From NCBI RefSeq assembly GCF_006345805.1, contig NC_042999.1, positions 114,948,001 to 115,012,000 of the forward strand: a stretch of DNA of 64,000 bases, read 5' to 3'. This document shows positions 38,276-52,289 of this stretch, one piece after another. The translations under genes and the position numbers were made by a program. The notes under the pieces are model-generated. The model saw only the letters and a program-made list of their open reading frames with translations. It was not told the origin of the DNA and ran no database searches. Source of the DNA: Octopus sinensis. Taxonomy: Eukaryota. Position 1 is the stretch's first letter. The number at the start of each line of letters is the position of its first letter.

Positions 38276-40597
38276 CATTGAAACTTCCCCTACCATACTA
38301 TACATAAACAGAAGCTAACCCAAATTTACAATACACATGGAAAGAACTGATAGAACTCCAAAATGATGAAGATATAACCATTAAGGAAGCGGACAAGGGA
38401 AATGCAGTTGTAATAATGGATACATCATACTACAATCTTGTAATTTCCTTGCTTGATGAAGACTACATTATGAAAAAATTACCAACTACACCCACAAAAA
38501 AATAATAATGAAAACTCTATCTTCACTAATTAAAACCCATGAAAAGGAACTGACAACCAAAGAGTTGATTTCCTAACAAACTTTAAATGCAAACCTAGCC
38601 TTTTCTATGGTCTGCCAAAAATTCATAAAAGTCAAATTATAAATGAACCATTAAAAAATCACCAAAGACATACATACACACAATCCGGGGGACCTAAAAC
38701 TACGACCCATTGTAGCTGGCCAAACCTTGAAACAACGACTAAGTCTACTTATGGACATCCTCTTGAACCCCTTCCTTAAACATATCGATCGCCATATCAG
38801 AGATACTTAGATATGTTAACCACCTTCCACAAAAAAACCAAGGAAGAAACAATCCTGGTTTTCATTTGATGTAGTCAACTTGTATACCAGTATACCTCAT
38901 AATTATGGACTGGAGGCATAACAATTCTGGTTAGACCAATTTCCGGAAGAAATACCAAAAGGATCAGTAAAGAATTCATTACTAAATCAATTGAATTCAT
39001 CCTACACAATAACCACTTCATGTTTGACAATACATTTACCGTCAAAAATCCGGATTGCTATGGGTACAAGGGCAGCACAGTCATTTCGAATTAACAATGG
39101 GATACATGGAAATAATCATTTACCAGGAATCTCTATCAATCTTTGGAAACTCCCTCTCTCAATACATAAAAGAGAATTGGGGAACGATTCCTAGAACGAT
39201 TGTTTCATTCTCTGGAATGAAAACATAGATAAACTCCTAAATTTAAAAACCTATTGAACAGCATAAACCCAAATATACAGTTCACAGGAATACAACCAAA
39301 AGGGAGCTCCCTTCTTGGATATACTAATTAAAAAATTAACCTTAAAATAGAAACAGACATTTTTTACAAAGCCCCAGACGCCAAACAATACCTTCTTTTT
39401 AATTCATGCCACCCAAGCACACTAAAACAAACATCCCTTCAACCTTGCAAGAAGGATATGCACAATAGTGTCAGAACAAAATACCAGGAACTTTAGACTG
39501 CAAGAACTCAAAAACACCCTAATTGACAGACATTACCCAGCTCAACTCATAGAGGATGGGATCAGACGTGCAACAGAAATCAACATAGAAACTTTAAGAA
39601 AAGTTCAACACAACAACCACCTTCCCCGAAAAACTACCTTACATATCTACATACAACCCCAAAACAAAGAAGCCTTCACCATCATCACCCGAATTTACCA
39701 ATACTTCATAAAAACCCAAAATTAAAGGAAATTCTAAACATACACCAACACCAAATTAATTAAAGCTACAAACAGCCTAAATCACTTAAAAGATTCTCAC
39801 AAAGGCAAATTGTCTTCTAAAATTACGGATGCAAAAAAATGTGGTAGAATCGAACTGTGCAACATGTTCCTAACCTATTGGAAGGATAAGAATTCTTCTT
39901 TAAAGAGGGACAGAAATTTAAGAATCAATCTAACTTTACTTGTGCCCTCTGAAAACATAATTTATTTTATTAAATGCTCGGGCTGCCACCAAGACTACGG
40001 TGTTTCCACGGGACTATCACTCAGGCGCAGATGCACCTGCATCGACAACAGATTTGCATTCCCAGAATATAGAATGATACCTTTTAGTGAGCACATTGAG
40101 AAATGCGCAAAGCAACTACTGCCACAATTTTTAATCTTCCCATTTTACCTGTGCCTTTCGGATCATCAACCAATGAGACTGAACAAGGAAACATTCTTCA
40201 TGAAAAGTACAAACCCAGACTCAACCATCCGAACCATACTGACACAGAGAATTAACAAGGAAATGGAAAAAAAATTTTTAGCGATTATCTCCCCTACACC
40301 GGAAAAAATCACTCACTACCTCCCCTTATTTAGAAATCTCCTGGAAAAAAACAACGATAATTCATGCAATATAAACATAACGTCACAAGAATTGAAAAGC
40401 TAACGCGAAACCGGTAATTCTTTAAAAATTTTAAAATTATGTCATTTTAAGGAAAGGAAAAAAATTTTTCCAATATTCTCCAGACTTTTGACACAAATAC
40501 TATATATTTTTTAACATTTAAGCCTTCTGTCGTTTTTTCACACTTACTATTTTCTTATATATTCACCCACGTGCTTTACCAAACAAACTTTCTTATC
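38276..40597 (+). mobile_element. Penelope-like retroelement (RT plus GIY-YIG endonuclease plus pLTR), 5'-truncated, frameshifted
   Basis: ITIKEADKGNAVVIMD, FYGLPKIHK, LRPIVAG, SFDVVNLYTSIPH, IAMGTRAA, a frameshifted FLDD-like motif, LPFLDI, NIPFNLARRI, and SENIIYFIKCSGCHQDY (GIY-YIG); (TA)n at both outer ends. Confidence 0.92.
40387..40422 (+). ncRNA. Hammerhead motif, U3:A8 variant, in the PLE 3' end
   Basis: AAGAA-TTGAAAA-GCtaacGC-GAA-ACCGGT-A-ATTCTT; perfect palindromic stem III ACCGGU. Confidence 0.65.
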
Positions 40598-40783
40598 TAT
40601 ATATATATAATATATATATATATAGATATATATATATATATATATATATAATGTATGTATGTATATATTATGTATGTAGTATGTATGTATGTATGTATGC
40701 ATGTATATGTATTATAATATATATATATATATTTAATATATATATATATAATAGATATATATATATATTATATATATATATAG

Positions 40784-40818
<35 letters not shown>

Positions 40819-40982
40819 TGCCTTCTGACTGCACCTCTCCTCACGGATCAAAGTGACTTTTTTATTGATGTGAAATCCTTAAAATATACCACGACGTCTA
40901 TACATTTTTAACATTGAACTTTCAACCTTGAACTTGTTCGTATAAACTCTCCTTGTTTCTCTCCTTGTTTCTTTTCTGTGTA

Positions 40983-41020
40983 TCTTTCTGTCGAAGAGCG
41001 TGGGCTCGAAACGTAAAAGA
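40983..41020 (+). ncRNA. Hammerhead-like motif (A6->U variant) in an orphan pLTR (~40820-41148) flanked by (TA)n
   Basis: TCTTT-CTGTCGA-A-GAGCgtggGCTC-GAA-ACGT-A-AAAGA; same family as 58207-58244. Confidence 0.6.
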
Positions 41021-42599
41021 CTTGTTTTATTTCTATTCCTGAGCGCCATACTAATACATTGTTTGTTTGTACTCCACCTGCCTTCGTCTTTTGTTTATTT
41101 TCGTAAACTTGCCTTCGCCTTTTGTTTATTTTCGTAAACCTTCCCGTTATATATATATATATATACATTGTTACATAGATATACACACAGGCACACACAT
41201 ATTAGTGTATGTGTATTTAGTATATATATTTATATTTCTAATTTTATATATAAAACCACATACATACATACATATATGTCCTAATCGCTTCACTCAGTTG
41301 TATTCTTTAAATTTTAAGAATGTCATGTTAGTGTCTCGTCCAAATGACAGTAACATTTTACATGGACTTATATTAGCTTTGTGCTTATCCTCATACTGTT
41401 ACGTTAGTTAATATCCATCACTTCAATAAGAAGTATACTATATGCCACTGTTTATATACACTATTACAATAACCAGTAGTTGCTGTTGCCGATGTAACTA
41501 ACATTAAATTTAACTAAGATTTCATGCATCTGTAACAACACTTTCGTCGCACACTTCATCCTGCACGCTGCACACTCTATGCTGTTACACGGACTAATGG
41601 TTGCGAAAAGTTATGTGCAACATTTACATTGAGTGTAACAATTCTTTCATGGCAGCCTTTGTAGGTTTAAACTGCTGGCGTGTTAAATAAAACTAATGTC
41701 AGCCTAATAAGTCTGAATTAATAATGACCTTTCAGCAGTATAAATAGAACAGCATGGAAATATGTTTGCGCGCGCCTTTTTTTGAGAATTGTCAAAGCTT
41801 CTGGAAAAAGAGAAGAACGAATCTCAGATAATAGCTCGCTTTAAAAATATGAGGTCTACGTTTTGCACGACAGATGTTTTGCATGAGTCGCTCATTAGGT
41901 TTGCTCCATATATCTTAAAAACATTTCACATTTAACATCAACACATAATGCCAACGAACGGTTTCAAAATTGACTCGTACGTAGACCGACGTCTCAGGAA
42001 ATTTGTTCCAACGCTGTTTTCTCGTTCGTTTCGGTGTTTCGGTTTGTTGTTGTATTTATATATTTATATATTTATTTAATAAGAAGATATAGTAAAATAA
42101 AAATGACAATAAAATTTATTCGGGCGAAGAAAGAAAATAATTAGAATCACATAAAATCTATATAAGAAAAAACAAAACATAGTGAAAATAAAATGTATAA
42201 AAAGATGCTGGAAAAAGAATGATGGGACTGTTGCTGAAAGTATATAGAAAATTTAGTCACTTAATTTAAAAGAATGTAAATTAAAATTGCTAATAAATAG
42301 TCACAATATGGAGGGAATCTTGGGGCCTTTGGTGACTATGACTTTTTCTTGTCAAACAAAAATTGCAGATCATTTCAGGTCAAGGAAATTCATACGTATG
42401 AATAAAGAATTAATTCATTTTGCTTGGGCACAAAGCACTCGATTTGTAAAGGAAGGGGAGACTATAATCAACTTCTATATATACTGCTGCTCAGTTTTTA
42501 ATTTACCGGAAGTAAGAATGGGGAAGTTGATTTTGGAAGGATTTGAACTCAGAATGAGGAAAAGCAGCAACAATCCGGATACTTAATGATCAGACTGCG

Positions 42600-42765
42600 T
42601 ATATACGACGGGTTTCTTTTAGTTTCCATCTACTAAATCCACTCACAAGGCTTTGGTCGGCCCGTGGCTATAGTAGAAGACACCCAAGGTGCCACACAGA
42701 GGAACTGAACCCGGAACCATGTTGTTGGAAAACAAGCCTCTTGCCACATAGATACGCCTGCACCT
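42600..42765 (-). mobile_element. SINE family A head
   Basis: TATACGACGGGTTTCTTTTAGTTTCC...GAACCCGGAACCATG... Confidence 0.8.
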
Positions 42766-43119
42766 GAGGTTTATAATGAAATCTAATGTGAAAAGAAAAA
42801 GGATATATTCCACGCGTTCCGACTTTGTTTCCTCATAAATTTTAATGATTAAATTACAAATATGCTATAAAAAAATTACACTTACCACCCACGTGATCCC
42901 TGTAATTTTTAACGTATTAAATTATTACGTGGAGGATGGACTACCTTTGAATTTGCTTGACAGAGAAATTAAGACTGGTAAAATAATGAAAGAAATATGT
43001 ATTCAATAATTATTCTTAGCATTGTTCCCTCTTTTCTACACCGATTTCTTTCAGAGAATTTTCAGGAAAGGGTAGAGTAGACCTCAAACGTAGTTGTTTC
43101 TTTTTAACATAACTACCAT

Positions 43120-43384
43120 TTACTTCTTTCAGTCATTAGAGTGCGGCTATGCTGGAGCACCGCTTTGAAGAATTTTTTTTAGTCGAATGAATCAACCCCC
43201 GTCCTTTTTCTTTAGGCCTGGTACTTATTCTGTCTGTCTCTTTTGCCGAAGCGCTAATGTTACGGGGACGTAAACACACCAACACCGGTGGTCAAGCAGT
43301 GTGAGGGGACAAAAACAGATACAAAGACATACACACACACACACACACATACATACATACATATATATATTATATAGATATATA

Positions 43385-43440
<56 letters not shown>

Positions 43441-43580
43441 ATATACGACGGACTTCCTTCAGTTTCCGTCTACCAAATCCACTCACAAGGCTTTGGTTGG
43501 CCATAACACTTGCCCAAGGTGTCACGCGGTGGGACTGAGCCCAGAACCATGTAGTTAGGAAGCAAGCCTCTTACCACACA
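43120..43580 (-). mobile_element. SINE family A, full length with internal (CA)/(TA)n
   Basis: Reverse match to both halves of 286-730. Confidence 0.85.
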
Positions 43581-43651
43581 TCCAGGTGTAATTAATATAT
43601 TAAAATGTATAAGAAAACAAAGTGAAGGTGCGGGAAATATCACACACACAA

Positions 43652-43682
<31 letters not shown>

Positions 43683-44187
43683 TTAATATATATATATATA
43701 TTATTTATATATATCTATATATATATATATATATAATAATATAAAACATACATATTATAATATATATATGTATGTATATATATGTGTATATATATATATA
43801 CATACACACATGCGCGCGCGCGCACACACACACACTCACACACGACACATATTTTTCACGCAAAACCCTATATAATCATAATCTACACCATCTGAAATGT
43901 AGTTGTAGAAAATTTCATTGAAAAATATGAAGTTATGAGGAGACAAAATCGGTGAAAGGAGGAACCGTCTGTAGTTATTCCCTATAGACTTAAGTAAACT
44001 AAAGTCAGTTTTTATTTATTCGGCTTTTTATTTCTTCCACAACATACTACAAATATGAAAGGCTACAAAAATCAACATAATTTGAATAGCGCTGGGTTAA
44101 ACTTATAATTTGTAAAAAGTAGCGTTGCAAATATTTGGGCAACCTTTATATATCCAAAAGTGTAAACAGAGACTAAAAATTGCTATA

Positions 44188-44234
44188 TCGCAGTGAATTA
44201 AAGTCTCGCAGTGAATTAAAGTCTCGCAGTGAAT
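44188..44234. repeat. 18-bp tandem repeat, 2.6 copies
   Basis: TCGCAGTGAATTAAAGTC repeated. Confidence 0.9.
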
Positions 44235-45123
44235 AGAAAACTAGTTTTGTGATTGAAGCGCGTACTAGGAATCTTCAATAATAAAAGTATTTGAAAACCG
44301 TATTTTGATAAAAGAAAAAAATAACATTGGAAATTATAAGTATTTTCTAGACAGTCTAGATTTTAATAATTGCCCTTTTTTAGTAAATATTACAAGCTCC
44401 AAATTAAATAATAAGCAGGTTTTTTTTTATTATAGTACAGACTGTAATCTGAGGAAGATTTGGTTGCTATTTATCTAGCTGGTGGAGCGACCACGTAAAG
44501 TCTCCCCACCCTGTTGGCTCGTAGAGCAGTAGTTTTTTCAAATAGCTTTTGCATGCAACGGAACAAGTCCAAGCAACACTCTTTCATTTACTTGTCGAAA
44601 CCTAATCGCTCAATTTTGTAATAATGTGGTAGTCGTGGCATTGGTGGTGGTAGCGGCGGCAGCGGTGGCCACTATGGTGGTGGGGGTTAGACTTGCTGAT
44701 GGCGGCGAATATAGTGGCAACGATGACGGTGTCGGTGGTGGTGGTGGTGGTGTCGGTGGTGGTGGTGGTGGTGGTGGTGGTGGTGGTGGTGTGGTGGTGG
44801 TGGTGGTGTTGGATTGGTGGTGGCGGCGGCCGTCGTGGTCGTCGTCATGATATAAACACGCGCACCCACGTTTTCATCCATTCTCTTTTGTCCTTCAGCT
44901 ACGTTGTGAAAGGCAACAACGCTGACAGCTCAGCACGAGTCCAGCTATTAGCAAACAACACAACACAATGACATGAACACTGAAATGTTTACACACCTTA
45001 GTTCGTTATGAAACATTATAAAAATTATAATACAATGCAAATAGGTAATTTATTGGCAATTGTATAAATGCATATATATATGTATGTATGTATGTATGTA
45101 TATATATATATATTATATATATA

Positions 45124-45154
<31 letters not shown>

Positions 45155-45230
45155 CATAAATATACCTATATATGTATATATACATACGTACACATATATA
45201 TAAGTATGTATGTATGCTTCCATATATAGA

Positions 45231-45438
45231 TTTCTTTATTGCCCACAGGGGGCTAAACACAGAGGGGGCAAACAAAGGGATTAAGTCGATTACATCAACC
45301 CCAGTGCGTAACTGGTACTTATTTAATCGACCCCGAAAGGATGAAAGGCTAAGTCGACCTCGGCAGAACGTAACGGCAGACGAAATACTGCTAAGCATTT
45401 CGCCAGACGTGCTAACGATTCTGCCAGCTTGCCGCCTT
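45231..45438 (-). mobile_element. SINE family B, long-tail copy
   Basis: TTTCTTTATTGCCCACAGGGGGCTAAACACAGAGGGG...GCCAGCTTGCCGCCTT. Confidence 0.88.
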
Positions 45439-46960
45439 TATAGATATAGATACATACAAACAACCCGTGAGCGTGTTGTAGTTTTAAAAGAAAACGATTT
45501 TGTTCTAATGTTTCACATAAGTTCCTTTCAGTTTCTTGAAAAAGTGGAACTGTTAGATTCATCATCAACATTTCTAGACTTTCAGTGACTTACTTTCAGG
45601 AAGAATGATGTTTGCTTGTCTTGCTGCCTCTTTATAGAAACTTTATACTGAGGGCAGTACAAACAAAACTCCTGGAAATACAATGATTCCATTTCTAGAT
45701 ATTATTCAGAGACAAAGTAGCAGATGTGCCACGTCCATTTACAAGAGACAAACGTATATATTATATGAAAGCCGCGAATGTTCACGGAATTAGAAAATAT
45801 TAGTTATAAAATCTCTACTCAGATCCTTCTTTAAAAACAAGGCACTACCTTATTTTCTGGAATATAAGTTAAACGTAGTATATAATCGGAGGTAGATTTT
45901 TCAGATGAAAAAGAAATGTTAAAGTCTTTATTCATGGTATAAGTCGATTATCTTTCTCCTGAATAACCATTGCAAGCTTTTTTGATCGGATTTCGGTTAC
46001 GGGTTTTTATTGAGAAATCGGGACATCTTCGGATCACCAGAGTTTGCACAGGGAACAGAGAGGAATGGAAGATTTCGCAACAGAATGAAAAAAATACAAT
46101 ATAAAAAAAAATAACTTTCCATTAAAAATAATGTTTAATTATTTCAAATTTAATTTTTAATATTTGCCTATATTTAGATTATAATCGCGCATCAATATCA
46201 ACACAAGTACAAAGTACAAAGAAAATTAACAGATTACTAAACATGATTTTTAGTCGCAATCACCATGATACAGTGTGTGACAAGGCTGGTCCTTTAAATT
46301 ACAGATACAACCAACCGATGGACTACCACACACTTTCCATCAACCCAAATACTTAGTCACATGTATCATAACTCAACGAGTAGAACATCATTCCGTTGAA
46401 CAAAGAATTGAACAGAGAAAGTGTGTGTATGTGTGTGTGTGCGCGCGTGCGTGAGTGTGTGTACTCGCGTACTAAACTGAGGTTATTTTATTAAAGCAAG
46501 TTTAGGAATGACATCAGAACATCTATTGGTGAGAGTCAAATTTGCTTGAAAGTTAAGTAACGCCTGGCGGCTTATTTAACCATCACGCAAAATTTGAATC
46601 CCCACTCAACACGAATTTTAATCAGAGGAAGAGAGAGGGAGATAGGGGGAGGAGATGGACGGAGAGGGGAGAGAGGGAGAGAGATGGAGGAAGGAAGAGA
46701 GGGAGAGATAGACAGGCATACATACATACATACATTTCTTATAATATTGCGTCTGATGTTTAAGATAATGTGGTACCTGCAATTCGTGTTCAGGTTGCTT
46801 GAGCTGCAACTTAATAATGAAGAACTGTTGTAGCTTACCAAATGAGCATTAGCTATAGGCAATGTTACAATCGAACTGGTACATATATAACAGAATAAAA
46901 GTACACACAGGCGAACAACTGGTATCAGGTCAGATTATAACATATATATATAATATATAT

Positions 46961-47335
46961 GGTTGGCACTCTCCGTCGGTTACGACGACGAGGGTTCCAG
47001 TTGATCTAATCAACGGAACAGCCTGCTCGTGAAATTAACGTGCAAGTGGCTGAGCACTCCACAAACACGTGTGCCCTTAACGTAGTTCTCGGGGAGATTC
47101 AGCGTGACACAGAGTGTGACAAGGCTGGCTCTTTGAAATAAAGGTACAGCAGAAAGAAAGAGTGAGAGAAAATTGTGGTGAGAGAGTACAACAGGGTTCA
47201 CCCCTACCCCCTGCCGGAGCCTCGTGGAGCTTTAGGCGTTATCGCTCAATAAATACTCACAACGTCCGGTTTGGGAATCGAAACCGCGATCCTACGACCG
47301 CGAGACCGCTGCCCTAACCACTGGGCCATTGCGCT
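46961..47335 (-). mobile_element. SINE with the family D 3' tail but a different tRNA head and body
   Basis: Tail matches 9247-9400; head on the minus strand is GCGCAATGGCCCAGTGGTTAGGGCAGCGGTCTCGCGGTCGTAGGATCGCGGTTTCGATTCCC. Confidence 0.8.
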
Positions 47336-47380
47336 TCACATAATATATATACATACATACATACATACATACATTTGTGT

Positions 47381-47416
<36 letters not shown>

Positions 47417-48032
47417 TTGAGTGTGTGGGGATGTCTGTGTATACGTATATACATTGATACAACTTGAGGATAGAAATGAATGTATGAATGTGGTGATTGC
47501 CTAATCTACGCAGATGATAGCCGTCTCACATTCAACGTGATTATTCTGGTTAACGTTCATCCTTGCATGTACGCGGATATGACTTTATACAAAATGATAG
47601 CGAGACATCCGTACACCATTGGAATTAAGTGACAAATGCTTGTACAGCACTTTTGTTACCCTCTCGGTCGCCATTGCGGGGTCCAAGGACAAGCATTGCA
47701 AGATCAATGGTATTATTTTGACTGCAAGTTTTATGCCAGAGTATCTTTCTCCTCTAAGAGCTACCCTCCCAAAAGCTTTATCAAAAATAACGGCAGCCAT
47801 CTCTGCCCCTGGTGAATTTATTTAACGCATAAGTGGGACTTTGACGAGTCAGAACGGATCTGGGAGTCATGGTAATTAAAGAGTGACACTATGCTCTCCA
47901 CAGCTCTAGGACTTCCTCACTGGAGCCTCGTCACCGGATGCAGTTTAATGTCATAACTAAATAACCAAGAGAAATGGATGTACACAAGTGCATAAATACG
48001 TGCATACATACATACATACATACATACATACA

Positions 48033-48066
<34 letters not shown>

Positions 48067-49033
48067 CATACGTACGTACATATATAATATATATATATAT
48101 TATATATATATATACATAGCGGCGTACGTACACTTTGGTCTCTTACATACATACATACATAAATACATACATACAAAAATACCTTGTTGTTGATGTTGAA
48201 ATTCCAATGAAGGAGCCTTGGATATAGGTTAGAAACCGGTTCTTTCCCTATTGGCAAGAAATCTTGAAATAAACTGAATAACGACATACATACAAACGTA
48301 CGTACACATACATATACATACATAATGCATACATACATACATACATACATATATACATACATACATACATACATGCATAGAAGCATACATACATAAACAG
48401 ACACACACACACACACACACGCTCACACACACGCACACACACACACACATACAGACACACACACATGCACACATGTACACATTTATGTAATCAATACTAG
48501 AATATATATCGATATACGGTGAAGATTTAGCATGATCCCGATAAAAATTAAAGACCTAAAGTAACTTATTTTGTTTCGTTTTTTTTTTTTTTGTTTTCTT
48601 AGTTAATCAGAAGAGTATGACACAACAGCACCAAGCCACCAAGCCATCAAGCTGTCGGTGATTTCATATCATTTCGATAAAATGAACAACTCTAAACAAG
48701 CAAGCGTTGTTACACTGACGGTGGGGTTGGGACTGCTTTTTTTTTTATTTTTATGCTTTTTTTTTTCAGAGCGACTTGTCTTGGAAAAGGAATCGCCAGG
48801 CGTTTTATTGTATATTCTAATCAGTCACCGTTATTAACCAACGTATATTCTTTAATGGTCTGGGGAGGAATGATTTGTGTGACTGACTCCGCTCAATTGA
48901 ACACGATACAAATAAAGAATTTAACACGTCCATCTGCCGAGATTCTGTTTCTGGTAGTTGTTTATACTCTTATTTATTTAGCTTCTCATTGTTGATGTTG
49001 ATCACTTTGTTGTTGCTGTTGTCGTTATTATTA

Positions 49034-49094
<61 letters not shown>

Positions 49095-49270
49095 TATTGT
49101 TATTACTTATTGTTATTGTTGCCATTTATATCAATATCATTAGACATAATTAATATACTTTCAATAAAATATTCATTAATTTCGTAGAGCGAAAAAAAAA
49201 GCCTAATATAGACAAACAAAAATTGATCACAGAATATAAATACAAAGAGAAAAATATGATAAAAAAGAAT

Positions 49271-49351
<81 letters not shown>

Positions 49352-50712
49352 AGGAGGGAGAGAGAGAGAGAATGGTGTAGGCATGGTTGTATTGTTTAGA
49401 AGTGTGCTCTGCAATCACGTGGTTTCAAGTTCAGTCCCACTGTGTGGCACCTTCAATAAATGTCTTCTTATGTAGCCAACTCTATCGTAGAATGACAAAT
49501 GTTGATGCGCGCGCGCGGGAGGTTATTATTTCGTCTGTTCGTAAATACGAAGATACATTTACTACTACTAATTGCTAGCAAAGACACAGTCTTTTGTTTT
49601 GCAACCATGATATACTACCAGGTATATCAAAGTTTTACAAGTTAATACTGTACTTTGTGTTACCAGTGCGATTTTCTCATTCTTACGTTTATCTCTACAG
49701 GCTTTCTGTAGAATTTCTGAGTCAGCACTAAATGTCATGACGTTACGATGTTATGATGTTTTGATGTTTTGACGTCATAATTTAACAGTGGTGGCTCTGA
49801 ATTTTATCTGTAGAGATAAACTGTATCTCTGTAGATATAAACTTAAAATCTGTAGAGATAAACTTTAAAAGCTTACTGTTTGTTCTGAATTTAAAACAAT
49901 CGATGTTATTTAAGATTTGAGGAAAATTTGACAGAATTATCAAGCCGGTCGGGAGCATCTGAAGAAGCTTTCCTTCTTCGATTTGAATTCTATTTCGTGT
50001 TGTATATTCCCATTTAAATGAAGTAGAGTGAAATAATGATGAAGGACGTTCCAACTATGACAGTACTGCTATTTGATTCAGGGACTAAATAAAACCTTAG
50101 TGGCGTGTGATTTGTTGCAGTTTGGCTACTAAATATTCAGGAGGCTGAGTGACCGTGGATCAGCTTTTCTACTCCTTTCTTTCCCTTTTACTCCCCTTCC
50201 TCTCCCTTTTCCTCTTCTTCTGCTCCCATTCCTCCGGACTTCTCTTTGCCTTACAAAGTATCAGTCTCTATTCCATCGGTCGCTTTTAGTGACTGTGTTT
50301 TGACAATTAGTGAGGGTAGTTGAAGAGTAGGTTGCGATATAATAACAGCATTATATACACTTGTGAGTGTTTGTTGTGTATGTATGTATGATTATTCTTT
50401 GAGTTTAATTTAAGTTCTTGAGAGATTTCAAGCCGGTCGCTAACAAATCAACAAGCCTTTTGAGTTAGGAGAGTTCCTGGTGTTTGTGAATATGTGGTTG
50501 AGTTGGTGTGTTGGTTGAACTCTCAATGCATCTATTCACATAAGAATCTCACAAGATGAATACTACACAGCACCAGGTCCTTCTATCTCAATATTATATA
50601 ACTATGAAACCGGTGAGTAAATGTAAATAAATCTTTGTAAGAAGACACCAAGTGCATTTTAAACTTTTCTCTTCTTAATATATGTGAGTGTGTGTATAAG
50701 CGTCCGAGAACG

Positions 50713-50743
<31 letters not shown>

Positions 50744-50952
50744 TGTGTGTGTGGTGTGTGTGTTTGTGTATTATATGCTTAGATTATGTTATATAAATTC
50801 ATATATGCATAAATATGTTATATATACATTATAGATATATGTACAATTATATATATATATATACATTATATATAACATATGTGCGTATATGTGAATGTGT
50901 ATATGTTTTATATAGAGATACATGCATACACACATTTACATACATACGTACT

Positions 50953-51018
<66 letters not shown>

Positions 51019-52289
51019 CACACACAGACTATATTTTGATAAGGTCGAACTACCTAGTAGTAAAATATAGATATATGACACTTGAGAAGCCAGTGGTTTT
51101 CTCGGTGCTGTTTATAAACTCTTATATGTTAATCTTTTCGAGGTTATCTCTTTCTGGACGTAATCAGTTCTTTAATTGACTGCAGCACCCTTGCGAAAAG
51201 AAACTTCGTCATAAATATCGAGAATACAGTCTAAGATTTCGTCAATATTCCAAAACTTCCACGTTACACACCCAGCCTATCTTCGTTAATCCTTTTTGTG
51301 GCGATAAATTGCTTTATTTGCGGGCAATCATAAAACCAGATACGATTCAGTCGTAAAACGGTGACATTGTTCTGTTCAAAGGTCAAGAATGGTCAATGGA
51401 CAGCTAACTTTGTGCAAGACGATATTTGCCTATAAATTAATTTCTTCTAAACACTGTCGCCTCGCTGAAACCGTCCGTTGTCAGAGAGCCGTCTATTCGA
51501 CTGACTTCTATTTCGTTTATTAATCAAATTTCTGCTATATATCTGCAATATATGAAGATTGAATTAATTTACTTTTATTTATTTTTACGACTATAATATT
51601 CATTTCAATGATATTAAGTAAGTTAATGTAGTAAGCCTTTGTTATTTCGTTGTTGATGTTGTTGTTTTTCTTGCTTAGCTCTATGTAAGCCCTGATTGAA
51701 CAGACATGATCAAAGGCATTCATTCATATCATGACCATGCAGTCATTTATCTAGGACTGCATTACCCAGTGGGCTTCCCTTTTGAAATAGTAGGACACTT
51801 GAATTGAGAGAGATTTAGCTGTTATTTCTAGTAGGAAAACAGAGCATGTAAACACTTCTAAAACTCTTTAGTTTCTAATGATAATCAACCGACGAACGCA
51901 CGTCGCAATGCCATTCCGATTTTCGACAACAGCTTATTCGCTTCACTTTGCTTTTTGCTGCTAATGCGCTAATAAATCCGAGACGTCGGGACTTCGGTTT
52001 GCGTCGACAAAGTGGAATCCAAAAATACAAAATTGGTTACATTCTGAAAAAGAGAAAAGTACAGATTTAGAATACTGCGTCCCAGTAAAAACAAAGAAAG
52101 AAGTTTCGGAAGGTTCGATACAAATTAGAAGGCAATCCTACCAACCTCAACGTCACCCTGGCTGGACATCTTGTCTAGATCTATAAAACTCGGTCGACTT
52201 ATTTGTCAACAAGTGTATCTACAGTTATAAAAATTAATCGGCACAGGATTTAAGCTCTTTATCAAAAATCGTTACTCACAAGAAATTTT

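Noticed and set aside
44188-44234. Short direct repeats here and at 49805-49865 as CRISPR-like arrays
   Set aside because: Contiguous tandem repeats without unique spacers, in a eukaryotic context.
48770-48995. Acceptor-like tract followed by an 80-aa ORF
   Set aside because: No strong donor and no recognisable protein features.
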